Shown: positions 23,120 to 34,345, counted from the first letter of the stretch. The stretch: 34,789 bases of DNA from Octopus bimaculoides (GCF_001194135.2 NC_069001.1:17548960-17583748); one strand, 5' to 3'. Notes: generated from the sequence alone by a model not told the origin. Numbers and translations: made by a program.

Positions 23120-23724
23120 NNNNNNNNNNNNNNNNNNNNNNNNNNNNNNNNNNNNNNNNNNNNNNNNNNNNNNNNNNNNNNNNNNNNNNNNNNNNNNNNN
23201 NNNNNNNNNNNNNNNNNNNNNNNNNNNNNNNNNNNNNNNNNNNNNNNNNNNNNNNNNNNNNNNNNNNNNNNNNNNNNNNNNNNNNNNNNNNNNNNNNNNN
23301 NNNNNNNNNNNNNNNNNNNNNNNNNNNNNNNNNNNNNNNNNNNNNNNNNNNNNNNNNNNNNNNNNNNNNNNNNNNNNNNNNNNNNNNNNNNNNNNNNNNN
23401 NNNNNNNNNNNNNNNNNNNNNNNNNNNNNNNNNNNNNNNNNNNNNNNNNNNNNNNNNNNNNNNNNNNNNNNNNNNNNNNNNNNNNNNNNNNNNNNNNNNN
23501 NNNNNNNNNNNNNNNNNNNNNNNNNNNNNNNNNNNNNNNNNNNNNNNNNNNNNNNNNNNNNNNNNNNNNNNNNNNNNNNNNNNNNNNNNNNNNNNNNNNN
23601 NNNNNNNNNNNNNNNNNNNNNNNNNNNNNNNNNNNNNNNNNNNNNNNNNNNNNNNNNNNNNNNNNNNNNNNNNNNNNNNNNNNNNNNNNNNNNNNNNNNN
23701 NNNNNNNNNNNNNNNNNNNNNNNN

Positions 23725-23725
23725 N

Positions 23726-23800
<75 letters not shown>

Positions 23801-23810
23801 TGTGTGTAGT
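23725..23810. repeat. (TA)n(GA)n(GT)n compound microsatellite
   Basis: Direct reading. Confidence 0.9.
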
Positions 23811-24134
23811 TCTATATATCTGTGTGTCTGTCTTTTACGATACATTATGTACCCCCGTAAGGTCGTACGTGCTCTAACCCACTTCACATCTTCATCCCAG
23901 TCATCTTCATTATTCTTAAACACGTTTAGTCAACTTACATTTAAACAGTACCGGACAATGTTATTGTTGTTGTCACTCTTGTTGTTGCCATTGTCGTTGT
24001 TATTGTTGTTGCTGTTGTCTCTCTCTTTCTTTTTTAACGCTAGAATTTCTTTTTGATCTAATTCGGTTCTTTCTCTTTTGTTTTGTTTTGTGCCGTTTTC
24101 TTCTTTTTTTTTTGCTGCTATCCTTTTTCTCTAG

Positions 24135-24627
24135 AGCTTACTAAAAGATGAAAGAGTAAAGCCGTAACCCTTTATGGAGTTCTTCTTCATAATGTACATG
24201 AAGAGTAGTAGAAGGAAAGTTAGCCTTATAACTACGACCCGGTGGACCGAATGCTCGCAGGATTCAGGTGAGTGACCTCCGCTAAAGGCACCTAACGTCC
24301 AGGTGGTGGAATTAACAAGGTAGTGGTATTGAATCTGAATTTACCGAGTGACACGTAATATTCTTGGGTCAATACACAGGGCAGGATCATCAATGAGTGT
24401 AGGGATAGCAACGAAAGACCCTAATCTGGTCCTAATCCATGATCTTTTGTTTGGTTGATAAATCCATAACGGCCATCGCCACTGCTCAATTTTTCCAGGC
24501 TTCACGACGACCAAAATTCTGTGAGACTGCTTCGAACATTAACGGAGCCCTTAGAATATTCCATTCACTCATATATGCAAAGAGGCAGTCTTGTCACAAT
24601 TTGTGTCAAGCTGAATTTCCCTGAGAA
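24135..24627 (+). other. Candidate pair of spliced exons (24135-24267 and 24499-24627), function unknown
   Basis: Long polypyrimidine tract plus CTAG acceptor at 24134; CAG|GTGAGT donor after 24267; TTTTTCCAG acceptor at 24498; AA|GTATGT donor after 24627. No recognisable protein homology. Confidence 0.25.
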
Positions 24628-24969
24628 GTATGTGAAAGTGTACGCGTATCTGTGGAGAGCGCGGCAACTTGCACGAGCAAGCTGTTTCGTTGATCGAATC
24701 AACTGGAACCCTCGTCGTCGTAAGCGACGGAGTGTCAGTTACGAGCACGCACACAAGCACACATACACACACGCACACAAATAAACATACACAACTACAC
24801 ACGCGCGCACACACTCACACATGCAATAAATGCATCTGTTTTCTTGATGGTTATAAAAACCCCGAAGTGTTAGATCAACTGGATAATCTACTTCCTGAAT
24901 TACTGGCGAAAGTGGCTGAGTATTCCACAGACATGTGTATCCTTAAGGTGGTTCTTAAGTTGAATTAAC

Positions 24970-25286
24970 ATAGTGTGTGTGTGTATGTGTGTGTGTGTGT
25001 GTGTCAGTGGTAGATGTCTGTGAGTGAGTGTTTGTATAAGTATACCTGTATGTTGTGCGTTGATGTGTATGGCTGACTGTGTGTGTGGGTGTGTGTGTGC
25101 GTGTGTGTGTATAAATGCGTACGTGTGTGTATGTATAAATGTATGTGCGTGTATCTGTGAATGTGTGTATGCGTGTGCGTGTGTGTGATATAGTGTAAAA
25201 GGTTTGCATTTTTCAATTACTCGAGGTACAATCCACCCGAGGTTTTGTATGTTGTGTGTTGTTATTTATGAGAGATATATGTGAGC

Positions 25287-25354
<68 letters not shown>

Positions 25355-25390
25355 GAGAGAGAGACAAACAGACAGACAGAGAAAGAGAGA
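24970..25390. repeat. Degenerate (TG)n and (GA)n microsatellite block
   Basis: Direct reading. Confidence 0.9.
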
Positions 25391-25689
25391 TAACCTACAA
25401 ATCTCAAACACAAAAATTTAGATATCATAGAAGAAAGTATATAAATATTATACGCGCTCATATATCTGTATGTATGCATATACTGCATATACTGAAGTTC
25501 TGTAAATGCTTTATAAATTTCGTACAATACATTTCTCTATTATTATCCATATTACTTCCTATATTACTTTAGATATTCTAAATAGAATTGTAAAATTATG
25601 TTATATAATAATCGAATACTTTTTAACAACTTTTATTGTAAGGAAAATGGGCATTACGATAGACGCCAATATGTGTCTTATGAATACAT

Positions 25690-25733
25690 TTCAACACCGT
25701 ACAGACCAGGCCGAAGGCCGAGAGGCCCGCTAG
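25690..25733 (+). mobile_element. Probable Helitron 3' terminus
   Basis: GC-rich GGCCGAAGGCC..GGCCC hairpin-capable sequence, then CTAG (25730-25733) followed by T, in AT-rich context. Confidence 0.45.
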
Positions 25734-26399
25734 TATATATATATNNNNNNNNNNNNNNNNNNNNNNNNNNNNNNNNNNNNNNNNNNNNNNNNNNNNNNNN
25801 NNNNNNNNNNNNNNNNNNNNNNNNNNNNNNNNNNNNNNNNNNNNNNNNNNNNNNNNNNNNNNNNNNNNNNNNNNNNNNNNNNNNNNNNNNNNNNNNNNNN
25901 NNNNNNNNNNNNNNNNNNNNNNNNNNNNNNNNNNNNNNNNNNNNNNNNNNNNNNNNNNNNNNNNNNNNNNNNNNNNNNNNNNNNNNNNNNNNNNNNNNNN
26001 NNNNNNNTATGAATACCCAAATTGTGAAGTCAGTTATGTAATAACATGAAATTAGTTACCCGATAGTAAGAATTCAAATAAAGTAGCCCCGGAAAGGGCT
26101 TTAATGCGTTCCCAGGACGTATAGAAATTAGAAGGAAATACTAATAAGGTATGTATACCAAAATCATGAAGCATGTTAGATAATAATAGGCTAATCGGAT
26201 ATGAGATAATAACAATTCAAAGTAAATAACTCTGAAAAGGGCTTTTGTGCGTTCCCAGAGAATATTACCCTTAGGGGCGCTAGTGTTGAAATAAATTTAC
26301 AATGAATGTAGAAACAGACTGACATTTAGTTTTACAGTAGACATACAAATAAATTTGTATATAGATTTTAAAGTAAAATAATATGTAGATTATCAATAC

Positions 26400-28565
26400 A
26401 TTTACAACACTTACAAATATTACACTTAAATAATAAATTCCTGATGATTTGGCGAATCTTATTAAGTTTGCAGAGCTTCTTGATAAACAACATGTTTGTT
26501 CTTTCCTTGTGGGCCATAAAGAAACAAATGATTAGGATTGCCGACTCTTGAGCATCCCTCATAAAGTTGGCCATGGAAGAAAACTGGTTCCGCAAGGTTC
26601 AGGCCTATCACGTTCAAGGACTGCCCCTAGACCTTCTTAATGCTGATTGCAAAGCTCAGTTTCAACGGAAATTGCAGGCGCTTGTACTGGAGAGGCATAT
26701 CCGAGGGAATGAATACAAATTCACCGCTTGTTTCGCCAGTCACAATTGTTGTCTCCAAGATTATAAGTCGTGTGCCATTGCAAAGCTTTGGTGGATCGAG
26801 GTTTCGAAGCAGCACAACTGGTGCCCCAATTTTGTGAAGTTGTGAGGTGGTTTTAGACTATTCAAGAATTCAACTGGATAATTCACAGCTTCATCAATGT
26901 TGAGTACAGTGTCAATAGAATTGTAGATGTGGAGCTCACCTGGCAACTGTTCCAGAAGTTTAAAGTTCATATCATCAAGTGCCACATTCTTTGGAGCTAA
27001 AATGGCACTGGTTTTCAGCCAGTCGTGGTCTGTAAACTGGTTCCTCGGGTTAGGAAACACCTTGTTCATTAGTTCCTTTAAATCAGATACCATATGTCCA
27101 AAAGGCAAACTTACCCGGCCAACCTTCTCGCCATCCGAAGTGCCATCATCGACGTCCAACAGTTTCTTTGAAAAGGTTCTGTCTGCATCATCACCACAGA
27201 GCTGCACTTTCATGTTGGTTGTAAGTCTTAGCTTTTGCACACTGCTCCATAGGTAGGACGACTTTATGCTGGCATTTACTTCATCAGCTCTTGTTCACTT
27301 TGGAACCACAGAAAGGGTTTGTCTAAAGTCTTCTGCAAGCAACAACACTGTGGGACCTCCCATGAGCCTGGTGTTGTGTCTCAGATCTTGAAGGGCCATG
27401 CCAAGAGCTTCAAAGGAAAGCTTATGGCTCATTGTCGCTTCATCCCAGATGATTAACCTGCATTCACCCAGAAGTCTGCCTTTTATAGAACCACAACTGA
27501 TGTTTCAGATTGCCTTCTCTTTTTTTTGGACAGGCCCAAAGGGAGTTTGAAACAGGAATGAGCTGTGCGGCTACCACTTAGCAGAGTTGCAGTTATTCCA
27601 CTTCATGCCACTGTTATGACAATGTGTTTAATTTGGCGCAGTTTAGCGAGAAGAAGGTTGATGACAAATGTTTTTCCAGTTCCACCTGCAGCATCCACAA
27701 AGAAAAGACCGCCTCTTTTATTTTCAATGCTCGAAAAAATGGTGTCATAAACACCCAGTTGGTCCTCCATCGGTTGTGTTCTTTATCAGCTATATACGCC
27801 GTCATGTCCTCGATGTCATAGCTGATTTCTCGCAGGTACTCAATTGCGAGATTGTTTGGTGTCTGTTCCGTTTGAGGCAGACCAAATGTGGAATTTCCTT
27901 GCCCTCCCATAGCTTGCACTCGGGTGTCCAAGTCAAGTAATGCCTCATTGTAAATGGTGTTATTGAACATGGCAATTTCGGCTAAGGTTTGCCATTGAAT
28001 CCTTTGTAAGATAGCCTCTGCCATGTGGATCGCCCAAAGCTTGTGAGGTTCATGCAAGCCACATGTCATCAACATGATAGAAAATAGCTGGTGCGGTTGA
28101 CTTAGTGCTGTGCTGACTGTTGCTTCCTCCAGTGCCTGGTCCCAGTGAGCATCGTCCTCCCGTAGTCCATGTTTGGCGCAGGCTTCTCTGTAGGTCATGC
28201 AGACTTCCCAGTTGTGTCTTCGAAAGTCTGTGAATGATGTAGGACCTCTCACAATGTGTAGCAGAGGATGCAGAAAGAAGCACTCCTGCTGATTAGGGTG
28301 CACAGTATACACTCGCCCGATGGCTCCACTTCTAAAGTCATCTTCCCAGCCCTTAACGCGCGCTCCTTGCTTGCGTCTGTTCTGTCTATTGTATGCCCAG
28401 GTATAGTACACGGGGACCTCTACGTACAACAGTGTTCGGGCAAACAAATCACATTGGCATAATTTGAAGAAAGCTGTGAAAGTGGTTTCTGGTAGATTCA
28501 GAACTACGTTTCGAGCATTGTCTTCTGTGACGCTGGCCATTTTCAAGATGTACAGATAGATTTGA
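26400..28565 (-). mobile_element. Helitron RepHel remnant (linker plus PIF1-type SF1B helicase), 5'-truncated and pseudogenised
   Basis: NLSVHLENGQR; TFTAFFKLC..D.FARTLLYVEVP; GRVYTVHP; RGPTSF; DAAGGTGKTF; IIWDEATM; DFRQTL; LTTNM; MLLRNLDPPKLCNGTRL; FAISI..GQL...SRV. No HUH Rep motifs remain. Confidence 0.92.
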
Positions 28566-29071
28566 AGAAGGTGTTCCTACATGAAAACAGGGTGTGGCAT
28601 TTGTGATGACTGCATTTGTCTAAAAGCAGAACAGTACTTCATGCAGCGCTTGACAATTGGCTGAAGTAACATGAAAGGCATCGTCATTCATGGTATATTC
28701 GTGAATAAGTCACTAACCGAAATAAGTGGATCTAATGTTTAGGAAAATACTATTTACTTGTTTAAGGATTGTACTGGATAAATTGCGAAAATAACTCTAA
28801 AAGTTCAAATACTATGAAATAAACATACTCAGATTGGTTTATACCAAATATTATAGGAAAATGAATGGGTTATTTCCCTTGGCTGTTAATAGCCATATAT
28901 TTGGATCCCTTCCAGGGGCCCTAGTCTATAGATTTTTGATAAGCTTCAAGGAGCTTAGTAACAAACTGGATGTTTATTTAGCATGTTTGCTAAATTTCAC
29001 GAAAATTCGTTAACGGGTGTTGATGGGAACTTGACACAAACAGACAGACAACTTGCTTTTATATATGTATA

Positions 29072-29074
<3 letters not shown>

Positions 29075-29106
<32 letters not shown>

Positions 29107-29350
29107 ACAGACACACACATTTATACACACACACTAGCACTGACCACTTCCCAGCACCCACACCACACACCACCATCCACACACCATCATCCTCACACCG
29201 ACATACAATCTTCAATGGCGTCACCACACATACCACTATATGAGCAGCCACACGTTACAGGTGCACACACTTACACACACACACACACCCACACACGTCA
29301 AAGTTACTATCCACACACACTTGCACATTCTCACATACACACCAACGCAC
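29075..29350. repeat. (TA)n and degenerate (CA)n tract
   Basis: Direct reading. Confidence 0.85.
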
Positions 29351-29768
29351 GCGCACCTTCGTTTTGGGATCACCAATATTTTATTATCTTCCCTTCTTTC
29401 AATGTCTTCCTTGAAACATCTTTCCTAACCACTAAATCCACAAGTTTTTTTTTTCTTCTTGTTCTCTGTTTATTTTCCGTTATTCCTTTCTGTTAAAGAG
29501 CGTAGGCTCGAAACGTAAAAGACTGTTTCACTTTCCCGAGCGTCANNNNNNNNNNNNNNNNNNNNNNNNNNNNNNNNNNNNNNNNNNNNNNNNNNNNNNN
29601 NNNNNNNNNNNNNNNNNNNNNNNNNNNNNNNNNNNNNNNNNNNNNNNNNNNNNNNNNNNNNNNNNNNNNNNNNNNNNNNNNNNNNNNNNNNNNNNNNNNN
29701 NNNNNNNNNNNNNGGAGATTGTGAAGTTAATAAGAGTTTATTATCAACAACAAATCGATCATTATCCC

Positions 29769-30395
29769 TTACAGCCTTTTCAATTTGTACATTCTATTGC
29801 ATAATGTACATCTGTGCTGACTGGCAGAAGGAACAGGTGCCACAGTATGAACTCTTTTGACATGTCTTCTCAATCCTCCACTCAAAAACACACCTTTCCA
29901 CATGTTGCACATCTTCTGTTGTGAACAATACTCATATCACAATTTACAATGGGTTGATTCCAATGACTTCTCTGATCGCTGACCTGGCCTGCACGACTCA
30001 AGCATTTCCTCTCACAAATCACACACAAAAGACAACATTCCGTCATTTTCCACAGGGTCATCCATTCTAAGCTTTCTCTTAATCTTCTCTTGCTTTATTT
30101 TCTCTCTTTCGAACGTCGAACAACCACTGCGCATTCTTTTCCTCCATCCATTTTGGTCTTGTGCCTCCCTCTCCAGGAGAGGGAGGTACAAACGAGGCTC
30201 TCCCAATCAACAACTGAAATTCCTGTCTGTGTCAGAGCAATTCTGAGGCAGTCCTTGAACCTCATTTTGGGCTTATTTGCTGGTACCGTACCATCTTCCA
30301 GCTCACCATACAAATTTTGCTTGAGAAGTCTTTCACCATTCATTCTTACCAGATGTCTGCCCCTACCTCAAACGACTTTGCAGAATCATTGGTAG
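29769..30395 (-). mobile_element. RTE-clade LINE 3' end, pseudogenised, with a C-terminal C2H2-like array
   Basis: HLVRMNGERLLKQNLYGELEDG...KPKMRFKDCL...WESL....SWR, followed by CDLC..., CATC...HVKRVH and CTLC motifs across frameshifts. Confidence 0.8.
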
Positions 30396-30754
30396 ATAGA
30401 AAGAGGACAAGTAAACACAGAGAAAGGACCCTTCATCAGTTTTTGACTGTCTATTTACTCTTTATCTCGAGCATTCAACCACAATATAAGTCTTCAAAAA
30501 CAGTTGCTCCCATAAATTCTAAAATAAAAGTTAGGATTTATGGAGGGTCAAAGTTGGGAACAAAAACATGACAGTGAAGACATACAAGGAAACCGAATGA
30601 AAACAAACATGGAGAGTCGTTAGAACCGAACGAGAGGAAAATAGTGAATGCTGTGAGAAACATTTTTTGAAAAAAGAAAAGATTGAAGAGAGGAGAAAAA
30701 AAAGGTTCGTTCATTTGAACGTCTGTGCAGGAAAAAAAGTTGGTCACGCGTGAG

Positions 30755-30874
30755 CAACGAGAGCGAGAGAGAGAGAGAAAAAGAGAAAGAGGGAAGAGAA
30801 AGAGAGATAGAAAACGGTGAAGGAGGGAAGGGGAGGAAAAGGGAAATTGAGAAGGGTAGAGGAAGAAAACTATA
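30755..30874. repeat. Purine-rich (GA)n-like tract
   Basis: Direct reading. Confidence 0.85.
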
Positions 30875-31147
30875 NNNNNNNNNNNNNNNNNNNNNNNNNN
30901 NNNNNNNNNNNNNNNNNNNNNNNNNNNNNNNNNNNNNNNNNNNNNNNNNNNNNNNNNNNNNNNNNNNNNNNNNNNNNNNNNNNNNNNNNNNNNNNNNNNN
31001 NNNNNNNNNNNNNNNNNNNNNNNNNNNNNNNNNNNNNNNNNNNNNNNNNNNNNNNNNNNNNNNNNNNNNNNNNNNNNNNNNNNNNNNNNNNNNNNNNNNN
31101 NNNNNNNNNNNNNNNNNNNNNNNNNNNNNNNNNNNNNNNNNNNNNNN

Positions 31148-31178
<31 letters not shown>

Positions 31179-31324
31179 TATATACCTTTGTTGGTATGCA
31201 TATTTGTATATAGATATAACAAATAAGAAATACATATACTTAAAGAAACATACGTGATCTGATCAATACGTATCCGAACTGTTGCCATAGTAACGAAGCT
31301 AAAGCACGCACAGTGAAGCTGCAT

Positions 31325-31518
31325 AGTACAAATTCACCTTAGACTCTGCTGTACATACGCACTAGGTTCTAACTTTATAGCACACTTCCGGTGTTTACAG
31401 CAGTGCTTGGACGGAAGGTGTGTAGTGTGTGATCGTCGTATTGAACATGGCAGAGAAAGTTGAGCAGAGAATCTGCATAAAAGTTTGCCAAAAGCTTGGC
31501 TCAGAGGCCTACGTAATG
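31325..31518 (+). mobile_element. Mariner transposon 5' end fragment
   Basis: Encodes the mariner-type N-terminus MAEKVEQRICIKVCQKLG..SEAY. Confidence 0.7.
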
Positions 31519-31956
31519 TTTTCAAACAGTTTCCATCATTCTCGACACAATCAAGGAGATCTTGTGCAACTGAAACCCGAGTGTCCTTTTGGTCAGCTGA
31601 AAGCAGTCTTTTGGGCACAAACCTGGCAGGCTCGCGTTTAATACCGAAGTCTTCAGTGATAAACCACTGAACTGGACCATACCTAATCTGTACACTCACT
31701 GATAACTCACGGATGGTGATTCGTCGATTACCCCTCACAGCTGCATGCACATCGGCAATGCTTTTCTTAGTTCTGCTGGTTGTGGGTCTCCCAGAACGTT
31801 CGTAAATATCGATATTTTTCTGCCATCTTGGAAACGTCTAAACCATTTGCACACTTGTGTGCGACTCACAGAGTCCTCTTCATACACTTTCTGCAACTTT
31901 GCGTAGGCAGTTATCGCCATGACAACTTTCTGTGTCATGGTCAATACAACGATCAC
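31519..31956 (-). mobile_element. Mariner (DD34D-type family) transposase N-terminal remnant
   Basis: AYAKLQKVY...SRTQVCKWFRRF; NRRITIREL; ARFVPKRLLS (WVPRLL-like). It stops before the first catalytic Asp, and its 5' end runs into a gap. Confidence 0.82.
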
Positions 31957-32056
31957 NNNNNNNNNNNNNNNNNNNNNNNNNNNNNNNNNNNNNNNNNNNN
32001 NNNNNNNNNNNNNNNNNNNNNNNNNNNNNNNNNNNNNNNNNNNNNNNNNNNNNNNN

Positions 32057-32090
<34 letters not shown>

Positions 32091-32384
32091 GAATATATTG
32101 TGTGTGTGCGTGTGTAACGAGAAAGAGGTGGGGGATAAAGAGAGATAGTAGTCCGAGAAAGACAAAGAGGCGACTGGTATAAAGGAGACAGTATGTATTA
32201 ATATATGCACGCGCTCTCTCTCTCTTTCTGTCTCCCCCAAACACATAGACATACATAGTTATAAGATAAATAGAAATATGTAAGTACACACATACACATA
32301 CATACTTCTATATGTATATATACATATGCATATGCATATATACAAAAGATAATAGAATTATGCAAATGTATATCGTATTTATCA

Positions 32385-32561
32385 TAGCTAGTTAGATAGA
32401 TAGATAGATAGATACATACATACATACATACATACATACATACATACATGCATGCATGCATGCATGCATACATACATACATACATACATATATACATATA
32501 TACATACATACATNNNNNNNNNNTACCTTCGCAGCCGATGTGACAGCACGTCCGTGAGAAG

Positions 32562-32598
<37 letters not shown>

Positions 32599-32670
32599 CG
32601 TATATACGTGCATACATGCATACATACATACATACATACATACATACATACATACATACATACATGCATG
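32385..32670. repeat. (GATA)n/(CATA)n/(CATG)n microsatellites
   Basis: Direct reading; two similar blocks either side of a 10-N gap. Confidence 0.9.
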
Positions 32671-32914
32671 AATGCATGAGCAAAAAAGCTAAAATAACGC
32701 AATTAAGATTATGAGAAAAGAGAAGACTAAAAAAAACGAATATATGGAATAGACAACCGAAAGTGTGTGACTTGAAAAGTGTAGTAATATAAAGCGAAAT
32801 CAAAGCAGTGTAGAAAAAAGGTAAACATGACAAAAGAAGAAACAGAAGAATATGTATAATTTCAGGTGATAACTTTAAGATAATATAAATAAGTGAGGCA
32901 AAATATATATATAT

Positions 32915-33049
32915 GGTAGTGTGTTAAGGAGCCTGCTTCCCAACTACATGGTTCTGTGTTCAGTCCCACTGTGTGGCACCTTGGACAAGTGTCTTCTATT
33001 ATAGCCTCGGGCGGACCAAAGCCTTGTGATTGAATTTGGTAGATGGAAA
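32915..33049 (+). mobile_element. SINE family B 5' half
   Basis: GCTTCCCAACTACATGGTTCTGTGTTCAGTCCCACTGTGTGGCACCTTGGACAAGTGTCTT...GCCTTGTGA matches 5400-5515. Confidence 0.85.
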
Positions 33050-33534
33050 GGGTAAGACTCAGGGAACCAAGTGTATGAAGCTGTTTATAAGCTTCAAACC
33101 GTCCGTGGCGAGTATAGAAAACAAAAGTGCACAGTGTACGGTCAGGAACAAAGGCAATTTATTGGCGTCAAATGTTATACACTTTTCCTCATATTCGAGG
33201 AAATTCGATAAGCTGAATGTTTCTATATAGCTCACGGTTAGCAACTAGATTTGTTAGGAATGCGAATAAAAATCTAAATTGAGGAAGTGGAGCGGGTAAA
33301 ATCGAGGCTACATATGTTTCTTAGCTAGCTGATCCTCTCATGTAATAATTACTCAGCGAAGGATACTCAACTTAGCTAATCATCAGGCCGAGAATACTTT
33401 AATTATATGAATGCTACATTGTCACTTGGAATTCCAAAGTGAGTGAGTGTGTGTGCGTGTATGTAAACGTGCCTAGTAGATATACAAACATGGTATATTT
33501 AACTATTTCCTTCGTAAATTGAAGAAATGACGAA

Positions 33535-33590
33535 CAGCTTGAATCGATTTTCGAATCTTATTGGATTCTCATCAGTACTCATCAGTATAA
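33535..33590 (-). ncRNA. Hammerhead-ribozyme-like motif (type I, minimal/dimer type), stem I defective
   Basis: Minus strand reads CUGAUGA GAAUC-CAAUAA-GAUUC GAAA AUCGAU UC: exact catalytic core, 5-bp stem II, palindromic stem III and a UUC triplet. Confidence 0.5.
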
Positions 33591-33684
33591 GTACTTAACA
33601 CTTTATTTAATATCAGCGGCCTGTCAGCGGGGATCTCAGTCCACATAGTATCACAGTATGATATAACACTGGTTTCCTATTTTA

Positions 33685-33886
33685 GCATAAAGCCAGTAAT
33701 TTCGNNNNNNNNNNGTAAGTCGATTATATCGACCCCTATACTCCACTGGTAGTTATTTTATCGACCCCGAAAGGATAAAAGTAAAGCCGACTACGGCATA
33801 ATTTGAACTCAGAACGTAAAGACAGACGAAATGCTGCTCAGCATTTTTCCCGACGTGCTAACAACTCTACCAGCTCGCCGCCTTAA
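33685..33886 (-). mobile_element. SINE family A copy
   Basis: Contains TCGACCCCGAAAGGATAAAA...ATTTGAACTCAGAACGT...CCAGCTCGCCGCC. Confidence 0.88.
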
Positions 33887-34129
33887 AGTGTGTTAATTAT
33901 CTCACTTTATTACTATTATAACAGTAATAGAGACACAAAGATGGCAAATGTATATATATGTAGGTATGTAGGTATGCATTTGTGTTTCGTTGTATGTTTT
34001 AAGATAAGAACTGAAGACCAAGTACTCAATACTTAGAGGATGTGTTAATTTATTAAGTAAATGACGCTTACCTGACCAATCATGTTTTACCCACTTCAGA
34101 ATTAATCGAACGAAACTTAAATTTTTTCT

Positions 34130-34345
34130 ATTCTAGACCCAAGGCCCGAATTTTGGGGTGAGGGGGGGGGCAGTCGATTAGATCGACCCCAGTACGCAAG
34201 TGGTACTTGATTTATCGACAGCGAAAGGATAAAAGTTAAAGTTAAAGTCGACCTCGGCTGAATTCGAACTCAGAGCATAAAGACAGACGAAATATCGTTA
34301 AGCATTTCGCCCGGCGTGCTAACGTTTCTGCCAGCGCGCCGCCCT
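34130..34345 (-). mobile_element. SINE family A copy
   Basis: Contains GTCGATTAGATCGACCCCAGT...GTCGACCTCGGC...AAGCATTTCGCCCGGCGTGCTAACGTTTCTGCCAGC. Confidence 0.88.

Noticed and set aside
26268-26286. CTCF-like motif CCCTTAGGGGCGCTAGTG
   Set aside because: One base short of the core spacing, inside a TE flank, and untestable without binding data.
28903-28925. CCCTTCCAGGGGCCCTAGT as another Helitron 3' end
   Set aside because: The stem is only 3-4 bp, and it is oriented opposite to and upstream of the adjacent Helitron.
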